Source: Octopus sinensis
Taxonomy: Eukaryota
Length of the DNA: 64,000 nucleotides
Direction of reading: 5' to 3'
Assembly (NCBI RefSeq): GCF_006345805.1
Contig: NC_042997.1
Span: forward strand, 110,050,001-110,114,000
Position numbers and translations under genes: made by a program. The notes under the pieces are model-generated. The model did no database searches. It worked only from the letters and a program-made list of their open reading frames with translations, and had not been told where the DNA came from. This document shows, in pieces, positions 36,866-50,692 of this stretch. Within the stretch, counting starts at the first letter, position 1, and each line of letters begins with the position of its first letter.

Positions 36866-37080
36866 ACGATGAGCTGGCAGAAGCGTTAGCACACCAGGTG
36901 AAATGCTTAATGGTATTTTTTCTGCCATTACGTTCTGGGTTCAAATTCCACCGAGGTCGACTTTGCCTTTCATCCTTTCGGGGTCCATTAAATAAGTACC
37001 AGTTACGCACTGGGGTCGATGTAATCGACTTAATTTCTTTGTCTGTCCTTGTTTGTCCCCTCTATGTTTAGCCCCCTGTA
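36866..37080 (+). mobile_element. SINE family B copy
   Basis: GAGCTGGCAGAAGCGTTAGCAC...GTTTGTCCCCTCTATGTTTAGCCCC. Confidence 0.9.
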
Positions 37081-38189
37081 TCCCAATGGGGCATTGCCTG
37101 AATTAAGTTGTGGTTTTCGGGGTTGCGAGTCTATAGGCAGTGCGGTTCATAGCCCAGAAATTATGGTACACGAATATATATTAATTTTTTCCATGTTGAT
37201 TATCCTGCATTTTATAGGTAACTTCGAATCATCGAGAAAACCATAACGGGGCCGGCACGTGAAATCTTTTGAAAAGTTTGAGAGCCATTGTTCTAAACTA
37301 AAGCCTTTTATGGACCTTTAAACACTTCTTCCACCATGTATGAATATTATACATAATTCCTCTTCCTTTATACACACTTGTTTAAATACTCTTATAAATA
37401 AAGCAGTATATTACACACGTGTGTATAATAAATGCATTAAGTGTACGTAAAAGATATTTCCAAGTTTTCATTCATCTTCAATTTTTTTTTCTAACCATTT
37501 TCTCACTTTCTTTCCTCACCACCAAATTCCTCATCATATTTCCTCTCAAATCTTTTTCAAGCTTTCTTCTTTGTTTTCGGTCAGGAATATCCACCCCACC
37601 GTCCTCTTCCCGCTTCCACATTCCTCGTCCACTCTTTTAATTCTTTATCTTCCCTTTTGTACTTTTCCCATATTTATTCTTGATCGTCCTTTCTATTCCT
37701 TGCCATTTTTTTTTCTTCTTTCTCTGATTTATATCCATTCTGTTATTGCTTTTACACAAATACACAACATTTTCTTTTGTGTGTGTTTTTGTTTCTTTGT
37801 TTTTTTCTTTTAGTTTTGATTCTGCATCTTTCATGTTACTTTCCTTTCGTTTTTTTTATTCCTCTCTTTCTTTCTTTCGCTCTTTCTTATTTTCTTTTTT
37901 TCCCCTCTTTCTTTCGCTCTTTCTTATTTTCTTTGAGCCTCCCAAATGAATCAAGTATTTCACATTAAGCCAGCGTCAGAAATTGCTGCAACAAATCAAA
38001 CCCTACGTATTCTTTGTTTGCATGCGTTAGCGCTGACTCTGTCTCCGAAGACTAACGCATTGGAATCAGCTTCAGGTCAATTCCAGCCAAGGATCGAATG
38101 GTGCAAAAACAACAACAACAACTGTAAAGACAAAAAAAAACGAAGATGTGATGGAATTCAAAGGAAGAATTCTGATGGAATTTGTTGAA

Positions 38190-38690
38190 TATTTTCATCA
38201 CTACTATGACGACAACCTCAGTCATCAGAACTACCACCGCTACCAGCACCACCACAACTACTACCGCCGCCACCACTACCAACCCCACTCCCTCCCCACC
38301 TTCACTTCCGCAAGCACAACTACCACCGCCACCGCTACTGTCAACACAGCCACCATCTCCACCACCACTACCATCATCACCGCGACTACTACCACTTCCA
38401 CCACCACTACCGTCACCACCGACATCACCAAATCTGCTAGAACTACAGCCATCTCTGAAAATACTACTACCAGGACCGCAACTTCCAGAACCCTTGCGAA
38501 TACCATCCACGTCACCATTGCCACCATCACCAATAATACTATCACGGTAACTACCACCAACACCACTACAACTACCACCACCGACACAACTACTACCACC
38601 ACCACCACCACCACCACCACCATACTACCGTCACTTCCGCTATCGTTACACCACCAACAACATCGTTACCACAATCACCACAATTACAAA
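38190..38690. repeat. (ACC/ACT)-rich low-complexity tract
   Basis: Degenerate trinucleotide repeats; open in several frames on both strands. Confidence 0.85.
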
Positions 38691-39047
38691 CGGAAACTTC
38701 TGTCAACATAACATTATTTACGTCATTTTAATCACGATTAGTCACATCACAGATACATTAATCAAAGGAGTGTTTTTGCGGGATTTCCACAGGACTGGCA
38801 CGGTGGGATTTGAAACTACTAGAAAGACAACTACAGTGATAAATATTGATTTCTCTTGAAATATTTGAGAACAACAAATTTGTGAACCCAGTTGAATGTT
38901 CCATTGTTACAAGAATAATAAACAGAACAAAATATAAGGAAAGCGGAGATTATTAAAATGGCAGCAACGAAGACACGAGCGGCAACGATAACCACAACAA
39001 CAACAGCAACAACAACAGCAACAACAACAACAACAATATTCTTTTCA

Positions 39048-39247
39048 AACTTTGGCACAAGGCCAACAAATAAGAGTAGGTAAGTCGATTACATCAACCC
39101 CAGGGTTTTACTAGTACTTAATTTATCGACCCCCGAAAGGATGAAAGTTAAAGTCGACTGCGACGGTATTTGAACTCGGATTGTAAAGATGGAGGAAAGG
39201 CCGCTAAGCATTTTTCCGGCGTGTTAACGATTCTACCAGATCGCCGC
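39048..39247 (-). mobile_element. SINE family B copy, diverged
   Basis: TCGACCCCCGAAAGGATGAAAG..AAAGTCGAC..TTTGAACTC. Confidence 0.8.
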
Positions 39248-39544
39248 ATTAGCAACAATAACAATGTTAACAAGATGATTTTCTTCAACTATTTTCAACA
39301 CCCAGTTACCTGTAGTTTTAAGTTATTGTTCGAATCCAAGTTCTTTGATTTACAAGTTTTTCAAAGGGGGAAGCAGGTTTGGTACTTCTGATTTTTTTTT
39401 TTTTTTTGTTACAGTAACAGCAGTTGTCTTCATGTATCTGGTGTCTGGAGAACAACCATGGATTGGAGGAAGGAAATGCTGGCCTTACCAGATGCCAAAA
39501 GCACTCAAAGACCAGCCAGCGTTGACCATCACTGCATAAACAGA

Positions 39545-40870
39545 AAATTAAATGTCTGCAAAGTATTTAAATTGGTAATGCCATTCTCAAGACATGTACA
39601 GAGTCAGTCAGTACTATTTTCCGTAATTCTTGCAGGGATGACTTCCCAAGCATCTGCTTCGAATACTTTTCTGTTCCTTGTTTCAACGTGCCAAGTGCAC
39701 CGTCTATCACAATGACCTTATAGGTCTTAAGATGCCACATTTTCTCAATTTCAATTATTAGATCTTTATATTTACTGAGCTTTCAAAATTCTTTCATCTT
39801 GTCAGTGTTCACAGGAAAATCTCAGAGGATTGTCACATTTTCGTCTCCTGTAACTGCATCAAGGTGATGTTTGTAGCATACACCAGTCTTTGTGTCGTAA
39901 GATTTGCATATTACCCAATGCCTATTACTCTTTATACTCCTGGAGAGCCAACACTTTGTAACCTAAAAGATAATCAATAGTCTCAACTTGCTCATCACAA
40001 AATCCAGACTTTGGGTCAGTTCCGTTTCTGATTACATTGGCTTGAAAGTTGCACTTTGAATAACACTGGTCTTTTACAGCCAAACTAAAGCCCTCGCTCT
40101 CTGCTTCTAGCCCAGAACTCCACAACATCTGGTGAGTGAGAGATTGATATGCATTAGACTCTTAGCTACAGAGGACAAACTTTCTGTGCAGTGGTTTTTG
40201 GTCCCACTTAACATACAGTTTCCGTTGACCTTCGCCAATATTTTGATGTTCTTCACATTTTTATTTGCAGAATCACCATAACTTTCAAATTTTTCATTAT
40301 TCATTCCTAATTCTTCCGCAAAATGTCTTTGCTTACTTTTTAATTGAAAGGGATTTTTTTTTTGTTTTCATTTTCTTCAGCTATTTTCAACACCCAGTCA
40401 CTTGTAGTTTTAAGGAATTGTTCGAATCCAATGTTTGATATTTTGCATAAGACTCCAAGCTGGATCGTTCTTCAACCTCCAGTTTCGCATCGGGAAATAG
40501 AGGCGAACCACATCTGCTTTTGCGTGATATAGTTTATTACAGGTCAGAAGTTCCCTGATCTTGGGGTCCATTTTCTTTATTTCCCTGAGGTTCCAATTTA
40601 TGATGCTACAGATATAGATGACAACTGGGATCGCAAGATGGTTTTTCATGCTGGCATTGATTGACACCCAAATATTTGTAAGTTTGTCCCACATCGATTT
40701 ACATTGAATTCGTCATACTGCTTCCTTGAATGCTGCCTATTCCCATTTTCCAGTCCAAACTTTATTCCTACGACATCACTGAACACCTTAACCGTTCTCA
40801 ACGGTTCTTCCAACTGACTGGTATTTTTGGCATACAGTTGTAGATCATCCATTTAAAACAGATGATTTAT
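39545..40870 (-). mobile_element. Degenerate R4/Dong-like element (RT to RLE)
   Basis: MDDLQLYAK, LAIPVVIY, LYHAKADVVRLY, GLEAESEGFSLAVKDQ, KYKDLIIEIEKMWHLK; many lesions. Confidence 0.8.
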
Positions 40871-41036
40871 AGATTTTGCCGTCTATTTTGCAGCCATATT
40901 TCGTTTTGTCAAAGTCCAGAATCAAATACATGAGTGTAATGCAAAATATAAGAGGAGAAAACGAGTCACAAACAAAAATACCTCAGTTAATGCTTATGAT
41001 GCTGGAATTTTGGAATCGACAGTTCCATCAGTGTGT

Positions 41037-41139
41037 GACGAGCGAGACAAGATGCATTTCGTCCGTCTTTACATTCTGAGTTCAAATGCCACTCAGGTGG
41101 ACTTTGCATTTCATCCTTTGGGGTCAATAAAATAAGTAC
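41037..41139 (+). mobile_element. SINE family B fragment
   Basis: TTCTGAGTTCAAATGCC..GACTTTGCATTTCATCCTTTGGGGTCAATAAAATAAGTAC. Confidence 0.7.
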
Positions 41140-41290
41140 AATATTTACATTATTTACATTTGACGGATATTTGTCCTCCTCTTGTTTGTCATTAGCACAA
41201 CGTTTCGGCTGATATACTTTCTAGCCTTTATCAGGTGTCTTGGGGGAAACTTCGAACCTGGATTCTCATTCCTAAGGTATTTTTCAATGT
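41140..41290 (-). mobile_element. Penelope-LTR-like repeat (H2) containing a hammerhead remnant at 41195-41238
   Basis: ACAC-CTGATAAA-GGCTAG..CAGCC-GAAAC-GTT-GTGC; G8 mutated. Confidence 0.7.
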
Positions 41291-41294
41291 TATT

Positions 41295-42145
41295 ATGTTT
41301 TCCTTCTTTATTCAAATTTTCTTCCATTTCTTACCGAGTGTTTTCCGTACACCTAGAGCAGAGAAGCTCATTGTATGCATTCCCAGATTACACACGCAAA
41401 TCCACAGGTAAAATATGTATTTAAAAAATAAATAAATAAATTGATGAATGGATATTGTTTTCACAGCGATAATGCTCTTCTCAGTACATGAACCGTTCCA
41501 GTTAACACGATTTTTTGCACTTCCTGTAGGGATGGTAAGCCTGGTATCATTTTCAAATAGGTTTCAGTACCTTTTTTTATCATTCCTAGAGATCCTACAA
41601 TCACTGGTACTGTAGGCGGCGAGCTGGCAGAAACGTTAGCACGCCGGGCGAAATGCTTAGCGGTATTTCGTCTGCATTACGTTGTGAGTTCAAATCCCGC
41701 CGAGGTCGACTTTGCCTTTCATCCTTTCGGGGTCGATAAATTAAGTACCAGTTACGCACTGGGGTCGATGTAATCGACTTAATACCTTTGTCTGTCCTTG
41801 TTTGTCCCCTCTGTGTTTAGCCCCTTGTGGGTAATAAAGAAATAGGTACTGTAGTCGCCTTGAGATGCTACATTTTTTAAATTTCTATTAGCAGGTCTTT
41901 TATATTTACTTATCTTGTCAAATTCTTTCGCCGCTATATTGTGATCGCAAGGGATACTCATGTCAATTAACAAACACATCCTTTTTGTCTGATCTTTTAT
42001 AATACTATCGGTTTATTAGCTTTTATAGTTTTGTCAGTATGTACGAGGAAGTCTCAGAGAATCGACACATTTTCTCCCTCAGTCACAGCTTCAGGATGGT
42101 GTTTATACCATTTCTCGGCGGTTTTGATTTTATAATGCCGACATA
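41295..42145 (-). mobile_element. 5'-truncated R4/Dong-like element (F3) interrupted by SINE B
   Basis: CLLIDMSIPCDHNIAAKEFDKISKYK..; 3' UTR shared with 30878-30960. Confidence 0.9.
41616..41844 (+). mobile_element. Young SINE family B insertion with a 10-bp TSD
   Basis: GGTACTGTAG at 41606-41615 and 41845-41854; the LINE resumes after the second copy. Confidence 0.95.
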
Positions 42146-42168
42146 TTATTATTATTATTATTATTATT

Positions 42169-44132
42169 CAGTAGTTTTATTTTTTATAGCGTGCTTTCAC
42201 TTCACTACCGAGCGCAGCTCTGTGTACCTTGGGTATGTGCTGTGATTTGTTGTGATGCACTGATGGTTATTGTATGAAAAGTGTTCTGCGTAGGATGTGT
42301 GCAGTGCCTAGTAGTGCAATTTTCTGTATGTTATATGTGTTTGTAAGTCCTGGTGTTTTTGTTATGTATTTGTCTGAATATTTTTTTATCATGCCTAATG
42401 CACCTACTATGATAGGAATTGTTTCTGTTTTTAGATTCCACATTCTGGTTACCCCTATTTCCAGGTCATTGTATTTTGAAAGTTTTTCCATTTCTTTTAG
42501 AGACACGTTGTCATCTGCCGGTATTGATACATCAATTAGAAAGCATTTTTTTTTCTTCATGATCTCTGACAACTATATCTAGTCTGTTGGCCTTAATTTT
42601 CTAACTGTGTGTATCGGCATATCCCAGAGCATGGTTGCTTTCTCGTTTTTTGTGACCTTTTCTGGTGTGTGCCTATACCATCTTTTTTCTGTTGTTATTC
42701 CATAATGTTGGCATAGCTTCCAGTGTATGTAGGTTCCAACTCTGTCATGTCTGTGAATATATTCCTTCTTAGCGAGGACTGGGCAGCCAGAGATAATATG
42801 ATTTATTGTTTCTTGTCCATCTCCACATATTCTGCAGTTACTTGTTATATCTCTTTTCATTACATGTTTTTGGTAATTCCTGGTGGGGAGGCTTTGGTCT
42901 TGTGCTGCAATTAAACATCCCTGTGTCTCTGCTTTGAGTCCTGAGCTTCTCAACCATTGCTGGGATTTTTCTTTGTCTATTTCTTTTGCGTTTAAGTTTA
43001 GTCCAGTATTTACCATGAAGGGACTTTTCTTGCCATCGTTTTATCATGGTTCTTTGCTGTTCTAATTTTAGTTTGGATTTCATTTGTTTTATAGCTTTTG
43101 TTGTTTCTTCATCTTCTTCTTCTTCTTTTTCATATCTATTAGGTGGTATGATTTCTTGTTTGTATTTGTCAGCTTCCTTAAATACTGAGAACAGTTTTTT
43201 GTTTTGCTCGTGTTTTGCCGCTATTTGTATCAGTTTTCATTCCTTCTGAAGTAGATATTTTTGCAGTCCTATGGTGGTTATTTTATAGTAGTTTTCCAGC
43301 TGTATAAGGCCTCTACCACCTTCTATACTTTGTATATATAGTCTTTCTATGTCAGATTTTGGGTGATGCATCCTAGATCCTGTCATTATTTTTCTTGTTT
43401 TCCTATCTATTTTGGTCAGTTCATTTAGTTCATTTAGTGTAACTTATAACTGGGACAGCTAAAGTGTTAATACCTATTATCTTGTTTTTAGCATTGAGCT
43501 CTGTTTTTAGTATTGATCTAACTTGTCTATAATGTTCTTTTTTTATTTTCTCTTTCATTTGTGTATGTTGTGTCTTATCTAGTTCATGGATTCCTAAGTA
43601 TTTGTAAATTTGGCTTTGGTCTAATTCTTTTAGTTCATTGGTTTTATCTAGTGTGATGTTGCTACTCTTAACTAGTTTTCCTCTTTTCATGGTTACTTTG
43701 GCGCATTTGTCGAATCCAAATTTCATATCTATTTCTTTGGTAAATCCATGAACTGTCTTTAATAGTGTTTCCAGCTGTTTGTCATTTGCAGTGTATAGTT
43801 TTAGGTCATCCATATATAAAAGGTGGCTGATCGTTTTGGCGTAACATTTATATCTGCATCCAGTTCTATTTAGAATATCAGATAGAGGTGACAGTGCCAA
43901 GCAGAAAAGGAGTGGAGAGAGTGTGTCTCCCTGGAATTTTCCTCTTCTAATGGGGATGGCTTTAGTTTTCATGAGTCCCTCTTTTGTTTGGAGCTGTAGC
44001 ACTGTTTGCCATTTATTCATAGAGTGCCCAATGAATTTTATAATTGTTGGTGCTACTTTGTTAATGGCTAGTGTTTCGGGGATTCATGTGTGGGGGATGC
44101 TATCAAACGCCTTATTGTAGTTGATCCAGGCC
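42169..44132 (-). mobile_element. R4/Dong-like non-LTR retrotransposon (F8): RT + CCHC + RLE + 3' UTR, 5'-truncated pseudogene
   Basis: YNKAFDSIPH, RGKFQGDTLSPLLFCLAL, SHLLYMDDLKLY, YKYLG, CRICGDGQETINHIISGC, RHD, LIDVSIP, LGTAHILRRTLFIQ*; (AAT)n at the 3' end. Confidence 0.96.
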
Positions 44133-45192
44133 ATACGTTTATATCGATTGGGACAGTCATATCAATGAGGAGGCATGTTCTTTGTCTGAAGTCTTTCATT
44201 ATGATTTCTGGCCTATTTGCATCTATCTTTCTGTCAGCTTGAATGATGAAGTTCCAGAGCAGTGAGATGTGGTCATTTTCAAGCACTGGAGCTGGTTTGT
44301 GTTCCCACCAGTTTTTTTCATGGTGCAAATCCAGGTTTTTTTCAGATTACCTAGTGAATATATTGTGCAGCTCTATCATACATGTTGAGATACTCTGTAG
44401 GCGCTAGAAGACTGCACTTGGAGACAACATGATCAATGGCTTCATTTTGTTGTTGACATACACATGTTGGGCTACTGCCGTTCTTTAATATGTTGGCCTG
44501 GTAGTTCCTTGTTGGTAGGCATTGATCTTGAGCTGTTATGATAAACCCTTCTGTTTCAGATTTTAAGCCAGAGGCCATTAGCCATTGATGGGTCAGGGCT
44601 TTGTCAACATCTGCATTATTCGCTCTCTTTGGGTATTTGCCATAGAGAGGTTTTTCTTGCCATTTATCATTCAGTATATCTAAGGCAGCAGTTTTAGCAC
44701 GGGTTTTCATGCGTTTAGCTTTTTCTGTGCTTGTTTCTTGTATGTCTAATTCCGAAATTTGTTGTACTCGGAATTCACTTAGATTTTTCTTTGCCTGTTT
44801 TGTTACTGAGTATGATGCTTTCTTGTTTTCATGTTTTGAGACAAGTTTTAACATCCAGTCCTCAGAGTTTTTCAGGTAGGTGTCTAGGCCAATTGTAGCA
44901 ATCTTCATTGTTATTGCCAGTTGTAAAAGTCCACGGCCTCCCTCTTTTCTTGGCAGATAAGGTCGTTCTATATCTGCCTTAGTGTGGTGCATTCTATGCA
45001 TTGTCAACAGTTTTCTTATTTTTCTGTCAAGATTACATATTTCAGTATTTGACCAGTTAACGATATTGAAACTGTAAGTCACGACTGGTATGGCTAAAGC
45101 ATTGATCGCTTCGATCCTGCTTCTCGAATTCAGCTCTGTCTTGAGTATTGCTCTTACTCTGCGATAACATTCTCTCCTGATCCCTTCCGTCA
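44133..45192 (-). mobile_element. R4/Dong-like fragment (F2): thumb + CCHC + start of RLE, truncated at both ends
   Basis: RIEAINALAIPVVTYSF, GGRGLLQL, GLKSETEGFIITAQDQ, ANRPEII; (ATT)n at the 5' side. Confidence 0.94.
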
Positions 45193-45221
45193 TTATTATT
45201 ATTATCATTATTATTATTATG

Positions 45222-45281
<60 letters not shown>
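45193..45281. repeat. (ATT)n microsatellite
   Basis: Directly visible. Confidence 0.97.
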
Positions 45282-46081
45282 TGACGAACATTTCCTCTAC
45301 GAATGTGCACCGCCCTAGGATAGCTTCGGCAGTTTCGTAACTCCTGAAAATCTTATTTAATATGTTTATCCGTTGCTGGGTTTCCCTTTACACCATAGTG
45401 ATAACTATTTGTTTTCTTTCATTGAATTTGTTCGTCATAAACTGAATTATTCAAGTTACCAGGACCCTAAATCTTCTAGCTTGCTTCCCGATATTTGCGA
45501 ACCTTTTTCTTGTACAATCTCATATAACTGGTTAAACAGAGACCTTTAATTTTTTTTCTGCTTCTATTCTACAGAAAACATTCATGATAAATTCAATTTG
45601 TTGTTTTAAACATGATTCCCTCAATGAACAGGCGGGAAGGTTTGTATAGAATATCTGATATTTACTGCTTTCTTTACTTCTGCAAATAGGTTGAGCTTTT
45701 CTATGAAATAATAATGAGTCATCCTGTCAGAGTGTCAAAATCAATAGCTCCAATCAGCCAAATATAATTAGTCGCCATTTTAATCTCGGAAAAAGGGAAC
45801 CAAACTTATTTCCCTCTCTAGTATTTCCTGTCCCTTTCTATATATGCTTGCCTGTTGGCCTTCGCGCCCCATCTACTCTTTTCTCTCTCTCTCTCCCTCC
45901 ATTCCCACCTCCCTCTCCCTCACCATCTTTTCTCTTCCCCCTTCCCTTCCCCTCTCTCTGTTTATATTTATCTCCATCTGTCCTTTGCAATATGCGTTGT
46001 TTTTTACTCCCTAGATTAAAATTTTAAGATATTACGTTAATTGGAACAATATTATCATGCAGCATCCAAATACATTTGCAA

Positions 46082-46091
46082 ATCATCATCA

Positions 46092-46159
<68 letters not shown>

Positions 46160-46292
46160 GTCATTACTATTATTATTATTATTATTGTCATTACTATTAT
46201 TATTATTATTATTATTATTATTATCAGCATCATCATCATCATAATCATCATCGTTATTATTATTATTATTATTATTATATTATTATTATTAT

Positions 46293-46333
<41 letters not shown>

Positions 46334-46372
46334 TCGTCATCATCATCATCATCATCATCATCATTATTATTA
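46082..46372. repeat. Compound (ATC)/(ATT)/(AGT)n microsatellite
   Basis: Directly visible. Confidence 0.95.
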
Positions 46373-47016
46373 CCATTATTGCTATTGTTGTTATTGTTGC
46401 CGTAGGTCTTGTTGATGTTGTCGTCGTCGTCAGCGGCGTCCAATGTGTACTTCATGGCTAACTTATTGATTGAAGAGTATGCTATAGAATTTCGAACCAT
46501 TGTATAGAATTTAGAAATGGATGCAAAGCTTTCTATGACAAAGTGTTATTCCTACCCATAAGAATATTGTACGATATAGATTCGGTACATTGGAATAAAT
46601 CTGCAGATTATAAAGGATTATCTCTCAGCGATAGAATCGCCCATAATTCTGCGATTAACACTTGTTTCTTAAGACAGACGTGTTCACGACTCCCGTAGGA
46701 ATAAAATGGTTTCAGAGAAATTTGAGATCGGAATAAAGAAAGAAATAAGATTCTTTGAAGATGTTTAATGTAACAGTTTCCTGTCTCTGTTTTGATTCGA
46801 TCAGGAATGTTCGAAAGGAAGAATTGTTTTAGATTTCAGAAATTGAACTCTATCGATGCGTTCAGTTGGGTTTCCAAGAAAACGGAATAAAATTATTCTT
46901 TATTAATTCATTCTTCACAAAGACTGAATAAAATTATTTCAATGATCCTTGTCTTGCAATTCCTCATTTTTTAACCTCTAATCATAAACGGAAACTCAAG
47001 GTATCGCCTTGGAGTG

Positions 47017-47025
47017 TGTGTATAT

Positions 47026-47112
<87 letters not shown>

Positions 47113-47321
47113 CATACATATATATATATATATATATGAATACACATATATACATATAAATATATACACACACACACATATATATATATATACATACATA
47201 TACATACATATAAGTGTGTGGGTATATACATTTATATTTGTATATATATTATATATATATATATATATACAATATATATATACATATATATATGTATGTA
47301 TATATATATGTATACGTATAC

Positions 47322-47408
<87 letters not shown>

Positions 47409-47420
47409 CGAGAATGAGAG
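47017..47420. repeat. (TA)n/(GA)n compound microsatellite
   Basis: Directly visible. Confidence 0.95.
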
Positions 47421-47631
47421 AGGGACAAACAGACAGAGGGATCTGTGTGTTTACGTATGTATGATGTATGTATGTATGCAGCGTGTTTATTGAATTGTAA
47501 TGGAAATCAGGAGAGAAACAGCAAGGAAATAGACTTTCCTATGAATTGAACAATTTTAGGTTTATTCGATGCAAGAAATAAAAATCATGTTTTTACTTTT
47601 CTGCCAAGTCTGCTGCTGATGTTACAGATGT

Positions 47632-47642
47632 TGCTGCTGCTG

Positions 47643-47713
<71 letters not shown>

Positions 47714-47718
47714 GCTGC
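47632..47718. repeat. (CTG)/(CTA)n microsatellite
   Basis: Directly visible. Confidence 0.95.
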
Positions 47719-48682
47719 TTCAAGATATTATGTTTAGTGTTGAACATATTAGCATCTCTTATCTGTGCCTCATCTGTATTCCTTGCATCAAACTGAAGAA
47801 AAGAAATATTCATATATGCGTATATGTGTGTGTGTATATGTGTATGTGTGTCTGTCTGTCTGTCGGTGTCTGTGTCTGTGTCTGTCTGTGTGTATGTGTG
47901 CGTGTATATTCTCACACGCATTAATATTGTTAAGTTGGAAATATCACTTCAATGCCGTTACCTCTCTTGTAGAATGTCCTGTGAACGCTAAATTCATTAC
48001 TGTACTTGGCTATTGGAACCAGTTGCCCCAACATTGAAATTAAACCATCTTGAATATATTCTGTATACATTGAAACGTAATACAGAAATTGTGAAATACT
48101 TTAAAAAAACACAGCGATGAATTGCTGCTGTCGATAAAATATGACTCTGGTTGTTCCGAAGAAATACATTTAATATTCACTATTTCATTAGATATTATCA
48201 GCCATCAGATTAATAATAATAATCTATGTTTATAATGCTGCTTTCTCTAGACTATAATAAACCCCTGTTTCTCGAATACACTTCTTTATTATATGTGTTT
48301 AGGGAATGGAACTACACTCCTTAATTGTGGAGACTTTAATGTGCAAATTGGTATCAAACCATTTAGCAGGAATGGTTCTTTCATTGAAACTGTGTTGGTG
48401 TTGAGTGTGAGAATTTCTGTGACAATATTGTAAGTCTATTCCGGGTGGCTCCAGGAAAACTTTCTTCTCATTTCATAGAAAAACACTTTTGCTCTGCACG
48501 ACGAAATGTGCTAAGGCCTGTGTATATTGGCCGTTGGTAGGTATTTAGACCGCGAAACTTTTCCTAATTTTGACAAATCGCATTGTTTGTTTTCAACGCT
48601 GAGTGAATAGTCCTTAACATTTGCAAATTGGGGAACTGCAAATTCGCACATAAAGTAGCTGATGGAATACATAATAAAATGG

Positions 48683-49035
48683 ATTCTTTTATTCGGTCAT
48701 GCTGAAGCACCACCTTTAGTCGAACAAATCGACTCCAAGACTTTCTCTTTGTAAGCCTAGTACTTATTCTATCGGTCTCTTTTGCCGAACCGCTAAGTTA
48801 CAGAGACGTAAACACACCAGCATCGGTTGTCAAGTGATATTGGGGAGACAAACACACACACATATATATATATATATGTATGATGCACTTCTTTCAGTTT
48901 CCGTCAACCAAATCTACTCACAAGGCTTTGAACTGCCCGAGGCTATAGTAGAAGACACTTGCCAAAGGTGCCACGCGATGGGACTGAACCCGGAACGATG
49001 TGGTTTGTAAGCAAGCTACTTAACACACAGCCACC
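48683..49035 (-). mobile_element. SINE family A, near full length
   Basis: Head GGTGGCTGTGTGTTAAGTAGCTTGCTTAC; same body as 32781-33292. Confidence 0.9.
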
Positions 49036-49564
49036 ATATTTTAAACATGGAATACAAATTCCTCATCAAGTAATCCCAATAAACAATCGGTAACAGATGA
49101 GTGAGTATTGTATGCGAGACCGAAAAATGTTTTGGGATTGAGAATAAGCTTCATTTTTGAGTTTGTGTTGCTCAAATGTATTGCTAGATATGTCGGAGAC
49201 CAACAAAGATGGAAACACGGGTGTTAGACTTTCAGCAAGAGAAAACGCTAGGTGTAAAGAAATGCAGCCAACACACAGTCATTCAAGTTCCTCGGTAAGA
49301 CAGCTGTAAGTTTTATTCTGTCAATTTGAATGATAGCTTTGCTGGTGAAATATGTTTCATGTGGAAGTGTACCGAATGTTTGGCAGTTTTAGTGGCAAGA
49401 AAAGGGTGAATAACATACGATGACAGGTTGAAGAGTAAATTGAGATGAGTTGTCAGAATTGAGAAAATAAAAGAAATTTTGAATAAGGAGAGGAGTCACG
49501 GGCAACAGTTGAAGATTGTTGAATGTTTAAGAGTTACAGAGGTAATTCATTACATACTTATATT

Positions 49565-49589
49565 GTATATGTATACATATATATATATA

Positions 49590-49633
<44 letters not shown>

Positions 49634-49634
49634 C

Positions 49635-49678
<44 letters not shown>

Positions 49679-49785
49679 ATATACACATAAACATATACAA
49701 ATATATACATAATATATAGTTATATACATATGCGTAAGATCTGTATATAGGCATATATATATATGTGTGTGTGTGTGTGTATAAG

Positions 49786-49824
<39 letters not shown>

Positions 49825-49933
49825 TTATATATATATACATATATATATATATATGTATATATGAATATATATATATATATATATTTATATATAATGTATA
49901 TATATATATATATCTGTATATATGTATATATGA

Positions 49934-49964
<31 letters not shown>

Positions 49965-50046
49965 GTATATTTGTATATATGTATATACAAATGCATATAT
50001 ATGTGTGTATATATAATATATATTTATTATATATACATATATATAT

Positions 50047-50085
<39 letters not shown>

Positions 50086-50460
50086 ATATACACATAAACA
50101 TATACAAATATATACATAATATATAGTTATATACATATGCGTAAGATCTGTATATAGGCATATATATATATGTGTGTGTGTGTGTGTGTATAAGTATATA
50201 TATATATATATGTATGTATGTATATTTGTATATATGTATATATATATATATATATATCTGTATATATATATATATTATATATATATGTATATATATATAT
50301 ATATCTGTATATATGTATATATATATATATTATATATATATATTATATATATATGTATATTTGTATATATGTATATACAAATGCATATATATGTGTGTAT
50401 ATATAAATATATATTTATATATAATGTATATATATGTATATATATATCTGTATATATATA

Positions 50461-50504
<44 letters not shown>

Positions 50505-50692
50505 TATATATACAAATGTATATATGTGAGTATATATACATGCATGCATGCATACCGACCTACCTACATACATACATGCTTTCATTCATTCATACATACA
50601 TACATACATACATACATACACACATACACACATACATACATACATACATACATACATACATACATACATACATACATACATACATACATACA
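49565..50692. repeat. Large TA-rich microsatellite block containing a ~400 bp tandem duplication
   Basis: Unique core ...GCGTAAGATCTGTATATAGGC... recurs at an offset of 407 bp (GAT at 49738 and 50145). Confidence 0.9.

Noticed and set aside
38148-38711. Thr-rich mucin-like ORF
   Set aside because: Degenerate ACC repeats open in several frames on both strands; no signal peptide or splice evidence
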